DNA of 32,000 bases from positions 120,001 to 152,000 of the forward strand of contig NZ_LN831024.1 in assembly GCF_001457615.1 (NCBI RefSeq). Direction: 5' to 3'. Under the pieces are notes generated by a model, which did not search any database, was not told where the DNA came from, and worked only from the letters and a program-made list of their open reading frames with translations. Position 1 is the first letter of the stretch, and every line of letters begins with the position of its first letter. Below are positions 7,270-17,139 of the stretch, piece by piece. This stretch comes from Pseudomonas aeruginosa (GTDB lineage: Bacteria; Pseudomonadota; Gammaproteobacteria; Pseudomonadales; Pseudomonadaceae). The position numbers and the translations under genes are program-made.

Positions 7270-8394
7270 ATGCTGCGACATCCACGAGTCTGGATGGGCT
7301 TCCTTTTGCTCTCGGCGATCAGCCAGGCGAATGCCGCCTGGACGGTCAACATGGCCCCGGGCGCTACCGAGGTGAGCCGGTCCGTCTTCGACCTGCACAT
7401 GACCATCTTCTGGATCTGCGTGGTGATCGGCGTGCTGGTCTTCGGCGCGATGTTCTGGTCGATGATCGTCCACCGCCGCTCCACCGGCCAGCAGCCGGCG
7501 CACTTCCACGAGAGCACCACGGTGGAAATCCTCTGGACGGTGGTGCCGTTCGTGATCCTGGTGGTGATGGCGGTGCCCGCCACCCGCACCCTGATCCACA
7601 TCTACGACACTTCCGAGCCGGAGCTGGACGTGCAGGTCACCGGCTACCAGTGGAAGTGGCAGTACAAGTACCTGGGCCAGGACGTCGAGTACTTCAGCAA
7701 CCTGGCCACCCCGCAGGACCAGATCCACAACCGGCAGGCGAAGGACGAGCATTACCTGCTGGAGGTGGACGAGCCGCTGGTGCTGCCGGTGGGCACCAAG
7801 GTGCGCTTCCTGATCACCTCCAGCGACGTGATCCATTCCTGGTGGGTGCCGGCCTTCGCGGTCAAGCGCGACGCCATCCCCGGCTTCGTCAACGAGGCCT
7901 GGACCAAGGTCGACGAGCCCGGCATCTATCGTGGCCAGTGCGCCGAGCTGTGCGGCAAGGACCACGGCTTCATGCCGATCGTGGTCGACGTCAAGCCCAA
8001 GGCCGAGTTCGACCAGTGGCTGGCCAAGCGCAAGGAAGAGGCGGCGAAGGTCAAGGAACTGACCAGCAAGGAGTGGACCAAGGAAGAGTTGGTCGCGCGC
8101 GGCGACAAGGTCTACCACACCATCTGCGCCGCCTGCCACCAGGCCGAAGGCCAGGGCATGCCGCCGATGTTCCCGGCGCTGAAGGGTTCGAAGATCGTCA
8201 CCGGGCCCAAGGAGCACCACCTGGAAGTGGTCTTCAACGGCGTGCCCGGCACCGCCATGGCGGCCTTCGGCAAGCAGCTCAACGAGGTCGACCTGGCCGC
8301 GGTGATCACCTACGAGCGCAACGCCTGGGGCAACGACGATGGCGACATGGTCACCCCGAAAGACGTCGTCGCCTACAAGCAGAAACAACAATAG
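7270..8394 (+). CDS. coxB: Cytochrome c oxidase (aa3-type) subunit II with C-terminal cytochrome c domain
   Basis: The ATG at 7270 follows AAGGGGA. A signal peptide ends in ..SQANA. The CuA motif HSWWVP...CAELCGKDHGFM is present, and the C-terminal CAACHQ is a heme c site. The ORF-track start at 7099 is an upstream extension without coding character. Confidence 0.95.
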   Translation: MLRHPRVWMGFLLLSAISQANAAWTVNMAPGATEVSRSVFDLHMTIFWICVVIGVLVFGAMFWSMIVHRRSTGQQPAHFHESTTVEILWTVVPFVILVVMAVPATRTLIHIYDTSEPELDVQVTGYQWKWQYKYLGQDVEYFSNLATPQDQIHNRQAKDEHYLLEVDEPLVLPVGTKVRFLITSSDVIHSWWVPAFAVKRDAIPGFVNEAWTKVDEPGIYRGQCAELCGKDHGFMPIVVDVKPKAEFDQWLAKRKEEAAKVKELTSKEWTKEELVARGDKVYHTICAACHQAEGQGMPPMFPALKGSKIVTGPKEHHLEVVFNGVPGTAMAAFGKQLNEVDLAAVITYERNAWGNDDGDMVTPKDVVAYKQKQQ

Positions 8395-8403
8395 GAGACC
8401 GCC

Positions 8404-9996
<1,593 letters not shown>

Positions 9997-10006
9997 GGAG
10001 CGCGTC

Positions 10007-10561
10007 ATGAGCGATGCCAAGGTCGATACCCGCCGCCTGGTCGGCCGCCTGCTGCTGGTGACCGTGCTGATGTTCGCCTTCGGCTTCGCCCTGGTGCCGC
10101 TCTATGACGTGATGTGCCGCGCCCTGGGGATCAACGGCAAGACCGCCGGCAGCGCCTACAGCGGCGAACAGCAGGTGGATGTCGGGCGCGAGGTGAAGGT
10201 GCAGTTCATGACCTCGAACAATATCGACATGGTCTGGGAGTTCCGCTCCGCCGGCGACCAGTTGGTGGTGCATCCCGGCGCGGTGAACCAGATGGTGTTC
10301 TACGCGCGCAACCCGAGCGACAAGCCGATGACTGCGCAGGCCATCCCGAGCATCGCCCCGGCCGAGGCCGCCGCCTACTTCCACAAGACCGAATGCTTCT
10401 GTTTCACCCAGCAGGTGCTGCAACCCGGCGAGAGCATCGAGATGCCGGTGCGCTTCATCGTCGACCGCGATCTGCCCAAGGATGTGCGGCACGTGACGCT
10501 GGCCTACACCCTCTTCGATATCACTGCGCGGAAGCCGCCCGTACCGGTTGCGGGACGATAA
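10007..10561 (+). CDS. ctaG: Cytochrome c oxidase assembly protein CtaG/Cox11 (CuB insertion)
   Basis: 184 codons with GAGGAG upstream. It has one N-terminal TM segment and the conserved CFCF motif (KTECFCFTQQ). Confidence 0.9.
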   Translation: MSDAKVDTRRLVGRLLLVTVLMFAFGFALVPLYDVMCRALGINGKTAGSAYSGEQQVDVGREVKVQFMTSNNIDMVWEFRSAGDQLVVHPGAVNQMVFYARNPSDKPMTAQAIPSIAPAEAAAYFHKTECFCFTQQVLQPGESIEMPVRFIVDRDLPKDVRHVTLAYTLFDITARKPPVPVAGR

Positions 10562-10571
10562 GGAGAACAAC

Positions 10572-11459
10572 ATGGCAAGCCACGAACACTATTACGTCCC
10601 CGCCCAGAGCAAGTGGCCGATCATCGCCAGCATCGGCCTGCTGGTGACGGTGTTCGGCCTGGGTACCTGGTTCAACGACCTCACCGCCGGCCACAAGGAG
10701 TCCCATGGCCCGTGGATCTTCTTCGTCGGCGGGCTGATCATCGCCTACATGCTGTTCGGCTGGTTCGGCAACGTCATCCGCGAGAGCCGCGCCGGACTCT
10801 ACAGCGCGCAGATGGACCGCTCGTTCCGCTGGGGCATGAGCTGGTTCATCTTCTCCGAGGTGATGTTCTTCGCCGCCTTCTTCGGCGCGCTGTTCTACGT
10901 CCGCCACTTCGCCGGTCCCTGGCTCGGCGGCGAGGGTGCCAAGGGCGTGGCGCACATGCTCTGGCCGAACTTCCAGTACAGCTGGCCGCTGCTGCAGACC
11001 CCGGACCCGAAGCTGTTCCCGCCGCCGAGCGCGGTGATCGAGCCGTGGAAGCTGCCGCTGATCAACACCATCCTGCTGGTCACCTCCAGCTTCACCGTGA
11101 CCTTCGCCCACCACGCCCTGAAGAAGAACAAGCGCGGCCCGCTCAAGGCCTGGCTGGCGCTGACCGTGCTGCTGGGGATCGCCTTCCTGATCCTGCAGGC
11201 CGAGGAGTACGTGCACGCCTACAACGAGCTGGGCCTGACCCTCGGCGCCGGCATCTACGGCTCGACCTTCTTCATGCTCACCGGCTTCCATGGCGCCCAC
11301 GTGACCCTCGGCGCGCTGATCCTCGGCATCATGCTGATCCGCATCCTGCGCGGTCACTTCGATGCCGAGCACCACTTCGGCTTCGAGGCCGCCAGTTGGT
11401 ACTGGCACTTCGTCGACGTGGTCTGGATCGGCCTGTTCATCTTCGTCTACGTGATCTGA
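10572..11459 (+). CDS. coxC: Cytochrome c oxidase subunit III
   Basis: The ATG at 10572 follows AAGGAG (track start 10548). It is a 7-TM protein with FHGAHVTLG and WYWHFVDVVW motifs. Confidence 0.95.
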   Translation: MASHEHYYVPAQSKWPIIASIGLLVTVFGLGTWFNDLTAGHKESHGPWIFFVGGLIIAYMLFGWFGNVIRESRAGLYSAQMDRSFRWGMSWFIFSEVMFFAAFFGALFYVRHFAGPWLGGEGAKGVAHMLWPNFQYSWPLLQTPDPKLFPPPSAVIEPWKLPLINTILLVTSSFTVTFAHHALKKNKRGPLKAWLALTVLLGIAFLILQAEEYVHAYNELGLTLGAGIYGSTFFMLTGFHGAHVTLGALILGIMLIRILRGHFDAEHHFGFEAASWYWHFVDVVWIGLFIFVYVI

Positions 11460-11474
11460 CCGCCACCGGGGGAA

Positions 11475-11684
11475 TCAGAAATGCCAGGGCGCGTGGCTGT
11501 TCAGCTCGCCGCTGTAGAAGCCCCAGGCGACCAGCACCAGGGTCGCCGCGGCGAGCACCACGCGGACGGTCAGCGAATTGACCACGCGGGAACCATGGCC
11601 CTGGTCCTTGACCAGGAAGAACAGGCCGCTGAACAGGCTCACCAGGGTAGCCAGCAGTAGCAGGACGATCGCCACTTTCAACAT
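11475..11684 (-). CDS. Small twin-transmembrane-helix protein (DUF2909 / HIG1-like candidate)
   Basis: 69 codons with two clear hydrophobic helices (aa 3-25 and 40-60) joined by a charged loop. It lies on the opposite strand between coxC and the SURF1 gene. Confidence 0.7.
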   Translation of the reverse strand: MLKVAIVLLLLATLVSLFSGLFFLVKDQGHGSRVVNSLTVRVVLAAATLVLVAWGFYSGELNSHAPWHF

Positions 11685-11711
11685 GGTGGGACTCCGGCGA
11701 TGGGGGGATTC

Positions 11712-12494
11712 ATGCAGTATAGCCAGCGCCTCGGGGAGGCCGGACGCAATGACAGACGCAGCATGCGTGGCGCGTTCCGCCCCGGCCTGCTGCCGACCCT
11801 GGTGGTCCTCGGCCTGCTGCCGTTGCTGCTCTGGCTGGGCACCTGGCAGTTGCAGCGGGCCGACGAGAAGCGCGCCCTGCTGGCCAGCTACGAGGCCCGG
11901 CGCGGCGCCGAGCCGGTGTCGCCCGGGCAGCTAGAGGGACTGCGCGACCCGGCGTACGTCCGCGTGCGCCTGCACGGCCGCTTCGACGAGCGGCATACGC
12001 TGCTGCTGGATAACCGGCTGCGCAACGGACAGGCCGGGGTCGAGGTGCTGCAACCCTTCTACGATCAGGCCAGCGGCCTTTGGCTGCTGGTCAACCGCGG
12101 CTGGGTCGCATGGACTGACCGACGCTCGCCGCCGACGCTGGAAACCCCCGACCGCGTCCTCCTGCTCGACGCCTGGACCTACCTGCCGCCACCCGGCGGC
12201 CTGCACCTGGCCGACGCGCCGGCCGGCGGCTGGCCGCGCCTGGTGACCCAGCTCGACATCCCGGCGCTGTGGCAGGCCTTCGGTCGCGCCGGGCTGCCCT
12301 GGGAAATCCGCCTGGAAGCGGGCGACGCCAGCTTCGACACCGATTGGCCCCTGGTCTCGATGCCGCCGGAGCGGCACACCGGCTACGCCGTGCAGTGGTT
12401 CGCCTTGGCGACGGCCCTGCTCGCCCTCTACCTCTACCTCGGTGTGCGCCGCGCACGGGAGAAAAACCATGAGTCTCGCGATTCCGATGCCTGA
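11712..12494 (+). CDS. SURF1-family cytochrome oxidase biogenesis protein
   Basis: It has the N-terminal TM plus LGTWQLQRADEKRALL motif typical of SURF1, and a C-terminal TM. The start is uncertain. The ATG at 11712 has GGGGGA upstream, and the in-frame ATG at 11763 is an alternative. Confidence 0.8.
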   Translation: MQYSQRLGEAGRNDRRSMRGAFRPGLLPTLVVLGLLPLLLWLGTWQLQRADEKRALLASYEARRGAEPVSPGQLEGLRDPAYVRVRLHGRFDERHTLLLDNRLRNGQAGVEVLQPFYDQASGLWLLVNRGWVAWTDRRSPPTLETPDRVLLLDAWTYLPPPGGLHLADAPAGGWPRLVTQLDIPALWQAFGRAGLPWEIRLEAGDASFDTDWPLVSMPPERHTGYAVQWFALATALLALYLYLGVRRAREKNHESRDSDA

Positions 12495-13047
12495 ACGTCC
12501 GCGCCGCGCCCGTGGCCGCCTGCAACTGCTGGCGATCATCGGCCTGGTGGTGGGGCCGATGCTGCTCGCCAGCGCCATGTACAAATGGAATTTCTGGGTT
12601 CCGCAGGGGCGCAGCTACAGCGGCGCGCTGATCGGCAACGGCCAGACCCCCGCCGACCTCGGCGTGCAGGGACGCAGCCAGGGCGAGCAGTGGCAACTGC
12701 TGGTGACCGCGCCGGGTACTTGCGGCGAGGACTGCCAGCAACTGGTCTACCTGGCCCGCCAGGTCAACATCGCCCTCGGCCGCGAAGCCTCGCGCGCCGG
12801 CCACGCCCTGGCCGCCAGTGGCGAGCTGCCGGCGGACTTCGCCAACCTGGTGAGGCAGGACTACCCGCGCCTGCAGCGCTACGGCCTGGACCCGGCCCTG
12901 TACGACAAGGCCGGCGGCGGCGAGCGGCCGCTGCTGTGGGTGGTCGACCCGCACGGCAACCTGGTGCTGCGCTACGACGCCAAGGCCAACGGCAAGAAGC
13001 TGCTGAAGGACGTGCAACTGCTGCTCAAGCTCTCGCATATCGGTTGA
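12469..13047 (+). CDS. Membrane-anchored hypothetical protein with a Sco/thioredoxin-like CxxxC segment
   Basis: The ATG at 12469 follows GGGAGA and overlaps the SURF1 3' end by 26 nt. It has an N-terminal TM. The segment QWQLLVTAPGTCGEDCQQLVYLARQV aligns by eye with SenC RWHLLFFGYTFCPDVCPTTLAQLREL in this same window. The C-terminal WVVDPHGNLVLRY resembles the Sco ..DPdG.. strand. Confidence 0.7.
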   Translation: MSLAIPMPERPRRARGRLQLLAIIGLVVGPMLLASAMYKWNFWVPQGRSYSGALIGNGQTPADLGVQGRSQGEQWQLLVTAPGTCGEDCQQLVYLARQVNIALGREASRAGHALAASGELPADFANLVRQDYPRLQRYGLDPALYDKAGGGERPLLWVVDPHGNLVLRYDAKANGKKLLKDVQLLLKLSHIG

Positions 13048-13111
13048 TCGGCGTGGCCGGCGCGGTTCCCGGCCCGATGAGGACAGAACGACAAGAAAAA
13101 GGGGCCCGCGA

Positions 13112-14185
13112 ATGACAGGCGCAACCCGCAAACCCGGTTTCACCGTCGCCGTGCTGGCGACCCTGCTGGCCGCCGTGGTGGTCCTGCTCGGCGCCTATAC
13201 CCGGCTGACCCACGCCGGCCTCGGCTGTCCGGACTGGCCAGGCTGCTACGGCTTCGTCCACGTGCCGCTGAGCGAGGCGCAACTGGCCCACGCCGAACTG
13301 CACTTCCCCGACGCCCCGGTGGAGGCACAGAAGGGCTGGAACGAGATGATCCACCGCTATTTCGCCGGCGCCCTCGGCCTGCTCATCCTTGGCCTGGCGT
13401 TGCATGCGCTGGTCCGCCGCGGGCGCGACGGCCAACCGCTGAAGCTGCCGCTGCTGCTGCTCGCGGTGGTGATCGCGCAGGCCGCCTTCGGCATGTGGAC
13501 GGTGACCCTCAAGCTCTGGCCGCAGGTGGTCACCGCCCATCTGCTCGGCGGCTTCACCACCCTGGCGCTGCTCTTTCTCCTCGCCCTGCGCCTCTCCGGA
13601 CGCTTCGCGGCGCGGCGCTACCCGGCGGCGACCCGCGGCCTGGCGGGGCTGGCCCTGCTCCTGGTGATCGGCCAGATCGCCCTCGGCGGCTGGGTCAGCA
13701 GCAACTATGCGGCGGTGGCCTGCATCGACCTGCCCACCTGCCATGGCGAGTGGTGGCCGCGGATGGACTTCGCCAACGGCTTCCACCTGACCCAGCACAT
13801 CGGCCCCAACTACCTCGGCGGCCAGCTCGACAGCGACGCGCGCACGGCGATCCACATGACCCACCGGATCGGCGCGCTGTGCGTGACCCTGGTCCTCCTG
13901 CTGCTCGCCTGGCGCCTGCAGCGCAGCGGCCTGGTCTGGCCGACCGCGCTGATGCTGCTCGGCCTGTCGCTGCAGATCGGCCTGGGCATCAGCAACGTGC
14001 TGCTGCACCTGCCGCTGCCGGTGGCGGTGGCGCACAACGGCGGTGGCGCCCTGCTGCTGCTCAGCCTGGTGTTGGTCAACTATCGCCTGCGCGCGCCGGC
14101 CAGCGTCCGCGCGCCGGCACCGTCGCCGCAGCGCGTGCGCCGCACGCTGCCGCCGGCGCAAGGTTCTCGGCTGAAGGCCGCCTGA
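13112..14185 (+). CDS. ctaA: Heme A synthase (CtaA/COX15 family)
   Basis: 357-codon polytopic membrane protein with conserved His in TM segments (HRYFAG, HLLGG, HMTHRIGA, HNGGGA). It is in the cox biogenesis operon. Confidence 0.85.
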   Translation: MTGATRKPGFTVAVLATLLAAVVVLLGAYTRLTHAGLGCPDWPGCYGFVHVPLSEAQLAHAELHFPDAPVEAQKGWNEMIHRYFAGALGLLILGLALHALVRRGRDGQPLKLPLLLLAVVIAQAAFGMWTVTLKLWPQVVTAHLLGGFTTLALLFLLALRLSGRFAARRYPAATRGLAGLALLLVIGQIALGGWVSSNYAAVACIDLPTCHGEWWPRMDFANGFHLTQHIGPNYLGGQLDSDARTAIHMTHRIGALCVTLVLLLLAWRLQRSGLVWPTALMLLGLSLQIGLGISNVLLHLPLPVAVAHNGGGALLLLSLVLVNYRLRAPASVRAPAPSPQRVRRTLPPAQGSRLKAA

Positions 14186-14210
14186 CAGACAGAAGGATGG
14201 AGGTAAGGAT

Positions 14211-15125
14211 ATGGCCACCGTCATCGATCGCCACAGCCAGCCGACCTGGCGCGACTTCCTCGAACTGACCAAGCCCAAGGTCGTGGTGCTGATGCTGATC
14301 ACCTCGCTGATCGGCATGCTGCTCGCCACCAAGGCGCCGCTGGATGGCTTCGTGCCCTGGCAGGTGCTGATCTTCGGCAACCTCGGCATCGGCCTTTGTG
14401 CCGGCGCGGCGGCGGCGGTCAACCATGTGGTGGACCGGCGCATCGACTCGATCATGGCGCGGACCCACAAGCGGCCGCTGGCCGAGGGCCGGGTGTCGCC
14501 GAGCATGGCGCTGGGCTTCGCGCTGCTCCTGGCGCTGGCCGGGATGGCCGTGCTGCTGGCCTTCACCAACCCGCTGACGGCCTGGCTGACCCTCGCCTCG
14601 CTGCTCGGCTACGCGGCGCTCTACACCGGCTTCCTGAAGCGCGCCACGCCGCAGAACATCGTCATCGGCGGGCTCGCCGGGGCGGCGCCGCCGCTGCTCG
14701 GCTGGGTCGCCATCACCGGCCACCTGAGCGCCGAGCCGCTGTTGCTGGTATTGATCATCTTCGCCTGGACCCCACCGCACTTCTGGGCGCTATGCATCCA
14801 CCGCAAGGACGAATACGCCAAGGCCGATATCCCGATGCTGCCGGTGACCCACGGCGAGCGCTACACCAAGCTGCACATCCTGCTCTATACCCTGGTGCTG
14901 TTCGCGGTGAGCCTGATGCCGTTCGTCATCCACATGAGCGGGCTGGTCTACCTGCTCTGCGCCCTGGCCCTGGGCGCGCGCTTCCTCGACTGGGCCTGGG
15001 CGCTCTACTGTGACAGCCGGCCACATGCGGCGATAAAGACCTTCAAGTACTCTATCGTCTACCTGTTCCTGCTGTTCATGGCGCTGCTGGTGGACCACTA
15101 TCTGCCGCTGAAGCTGCTTCTCTGA
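14211..15125 (+). CDS. ctaB: Protoheme IX farnesyltransferase (heme O synthase, CtaB/CyoE family)
   Basis: 304 codons with GGAGG upstream. UbiA-type prenyltransferase motifs are present (NHVVDRRIDSIMARTHKRPL, WTPPHFWAL). Confidence 0.92.
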   Translation: MATVIDRHSQPTWRDFLELTKPKVVVLMLITSLIGMLLATKAPLDGFVPWQVLIFGNLGIGLCAGAAAAVNHVVDRRIDSIMARTHKRPLAEGRVSPSMALGFALLLALAGMAVLLAFTNPLTAWLTLASLLGYAALYTGFLKRATPQNIVIGGLAGAAPPLLGWVAITGHLSAEPLLLVLIIFAWTPPHFWALCIHRKDEYAKADIPMLPVTHGERYTKLHILLYTLVLFAVSLMPFVIHMSGLVYLLCALALGARFLDWAWALYCDSRPHAAIKTFKYSIVYLFLLFMALLVDHYLPLKLLL

Positions 15126-15150
15126 TCCCACTCTAGAGCCTTGCCCACCC

Positions 15151-15786
15151 ATGACTCGAGTCAACAAGACCGTCCTCGTCCTCGTCGCCCTGGTCGCCCT
15201 GGTCCTCGGCCTCACCGTGCACAAGGTGCTCACCGCCCAGCGCCAGGCCGATCCCACCGTGCTGCTCGACGCCGGCATCGTGATCCTGCCGCAGACGCGC
15301 AAGGTGCCGGCGCTGGAGTTCACCAACCAGGACGGCCAGGCGGTCAGCACTGCCAGTCTCAAGGGTCGCTGGCACCTGCTGTTCTTCGGCTACACCTTCT
15401 GCCCCGATGTCTGCCCGACCACCCTCGCCCAGCTCCGCGAATTGCAGGGCAAGCTGCCGCAGGAGGTGCGCGACGACCTGCAGGTGGTATTCGTCAGCGT
15501 CGATCCGAACCGCGACACGCCGCAGCAGATCAAGCAATACCTGGGCTACTTCAACGCCGGCTTCCAGGGGCTCACCGGCACTCCGGAGAACATCCAGAAG
15601 CTGGCCAACGCCATGAGCATCCCCTACATCCCCGCCGACACCAGCAAGCCCAACTACACCGTCGACCACAGCGGCAACCTGGTGATCATCGGCCCGGACG
15701 GCGAGCAGCACGGCTTCATCCGCGCGCCGCTGAACAACGCCAAGCTGGAAGCCCAACTGCCCGGCGTGCTCAAGCCGCAGGCCTGA
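15151..15786 (+). CDS. senC: SCO1/SenC copper chaperone
   Basis: 211 codons with an N-terminal TM, the CPDVC CxxxC motif and the downstream DHS motif. Confidence 0.92.
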   Translation: MTRVNKTVLVLVALVALVLGLTVHKVLTAQRQADPTVLLDAGIVILPQTRKVPALEFTNQDGQAVSTASLKGRWHLLFFGYTFCPDVCPTTLAQLRELQGKLPQEVRDDLQVVFVSVDPNRDTPQQIKQYLGYFNAGFQGLTGTPENIQKLANAMSIPYIPADTSKPNYTVDHSGNLVIIGPDGEQHGFIRAPLNNAKLEAQLPGVLKPQA

Positions 15787-15825
15787 TTCCCTTCCCTCCC
15801 CCCACCGTCCGCGGCGCTCCGGGCC

Positions 15826-16278
15826 TCAGGCCCGGCGCATGCCGATGTGCGGGATGTCGTCTTCCAGGTAGACCTCGGTGACCGCGACGAAGCCATAGCG
15901 GCCGTAGTAGGCCTGCAGGTGGGCCTGGGCCGAGAGGTACACCGGGGTATCCAGCCAGAGGCGCTCCGCCGCCTGCAGCGCGCGTTCCATCAACTGGTGA
16001 CCGAGCCCCTGGCCGCGCGCGGCCGAGGAACTGACCACCCGGCCGATCACCACCTGGCCCTCGTGGCGAACCGGGTCCAGCAGGCGCAGGTAGGCGAGCA
16101 ACTGGCCGTCGCGCCAGGCCATCAGGTGATGGGTATCGCCGACCAGGTCGAGGCCGTCGACTTCCTGGTAGGGGCATTTCTGTTCCACCACGAAGACCTC
16201 GGTGCGCAATTGCAGCAGCGCGTAGAGTTCCTTCAGGGTGAGGTCGGCGTGGTGCTTGCAGGTCCAGTCGAGCGACAT
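15826..16278 (-). CDS. GNAT acetyltransferase, ElaA-like
   Basis: The ATG at 16278 (MSLDWTCKHHADLTLKELYALLQLRTEVFVVEQKCPYQEVDG...) matches the ElaA-type N-terminus. The RGQGLGHQLM motif is an acetyl-CoA P-loop. The track start at 16374 is an extension. Confidence 0.85.
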   Translation of the reverse strand: MSLDWTCKHHADLTLKELYALLQLRTEVFVVEQKCPYQEVDGLDLVGDTHHLMAWRDGQLLAYLRLLDPVRHEGQVVIGRVVSSSAARGQGLGHQLMERALQAAERLWLDTPVYLSAQAHLQAYYGRYGFVAVTEVYLEDDIPHIGMRRA

Positions 16279-16409
16279 GGTCGGGATTCCGGGACAGGAG
16301 ACAGGAACGCGGTTATGCCATGGGCGGCGGGCCGCTGGAAAGGCGTGGCCGGTCGGTTTCGTTTCAGAACCCACGCGGCTATCCTTTGCCGAACGGCTGG
16401 AGGTGTCTC

Positions 16410-16883
16410 ATGCGTTGGGAAGAACTGAGTGAACAACCCTGTTCGCTGGCGCGGGTGCTGGCGATCCTCGGCGATCGCTGGACCCTGCTGGTATTGCGCG
16501 ACTGCTTTCTCGGCGTGCGCCGTTTCGACGACTTCGAGCGCAGCCTCGGCGTGACCCGCCACGTCCTCGCCGACCGCCTCAAGCGCCTTGTCGAAGCGGA
16601 GATACTGGCCAAGGTGCCCTACCAGGAAAGGCCGCTGCGCGAGGAATACCGGCTTACCGAGAAAGGGATGGAACTGTACCCGGCCATCCTTTCCCTGGTG
16701 AACTGGGGCGACCGCCACCTCGCCGGCGTCGAGGGGCCGCCACTCGAGCATGTGCACAAGCATTGCGGCCAGCACATGCATGGCGTGCTGGTCTGTTCCG
16801 AATGCGGTGAGCCGCTGCACGCGCGGGACGTGACGGTACGCGAGGGGCTGTTCTGGAAGGGGCGCCTGCTGCGGCGCGGCTGA
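16410..16883 (+). CDS. HxlR-family winged-helix regulator with a C-terminal Cys/His-rich extension
   Basis: The ATG at 16410 follows GGAGG. The HxlR core is CSLARVLAILGDRWTLLVLRDCFLGVRRFDDF...YRLTEKG. An extra ~45 aa tail contains HVHKHCGQHMHGVLVCSECGEPLH. Confidence 0.85.
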   Translation: MRWEELSEQPCSLARVLAILGDRWTLLVLRDCFLGVRRFDDFERSLGVTRHVLADRLKRLVEAEILAKVPYQERPLREEYRLTEKGMELYPAILSLVNWGDRHLAGVEGPPLEHVHKHCGQHMHGVLVCSECGEPLHARDVTVREGLFWKGRLLRRG

Positions 16884-16898
16884 GCGTTCCAGGCCTGG

Positions 16899-16998
16899 CC
16901 GCCGACGCGAATCGGCGGATAAACGCCGATGGCGTTACGGCAGGAAGGACGCTGTCGTACCAGGCTCCGCCGACCGGTCCCCTCTCTTCAGGGAGAGG
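16899..16998. repeat. Cluster of three short GC hairpins (REP-like extragenic palindromes) after the HxlR gene
   Basis: The hairpins are CCGCCGA-N6-TCGGCGG (16899-16918), AACGCC-GAT-GGCGTT (16922-16936) and CCTCTC-TTCAGG-GAGAGG (16981-16998). Confidence 0.3.
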
Positions 16999-17063
16999 AC
17001 GTGCCGGGCAGGCCGGGACAGGCAGAGTAATTGGTGCGCGGATATCACTCGAGCCCTTGCCAG

Positions 17064-17123
17064 TTGACAAGTTCCTTTTAAGAACTAACTATCGTCTCTA
17101 TTGGGTTCTAAAAAAGAACTAAC
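17064..17123 (+). promoter_or_regulatory. Candidate promoter (perfect TTGACA -35) with two 20-bp operator-like repeats upstream of the SDR operon
   Basis: TTGACA at 17064-17069, with a possible -10 AACTAT at 17087-17092. The repeats are AGTTCCTTTTAAGAACTAAC (17070-17089) and GGTTCTAAAAAAGAACTAAC (17104-17123). Each holds a GTTC-N7-GAAC-type dyad, and their starts are 34 nt apart. Confidence 0.4.
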
Positions 17124-17139
17124 AAGAGAGGCCTCTGCA

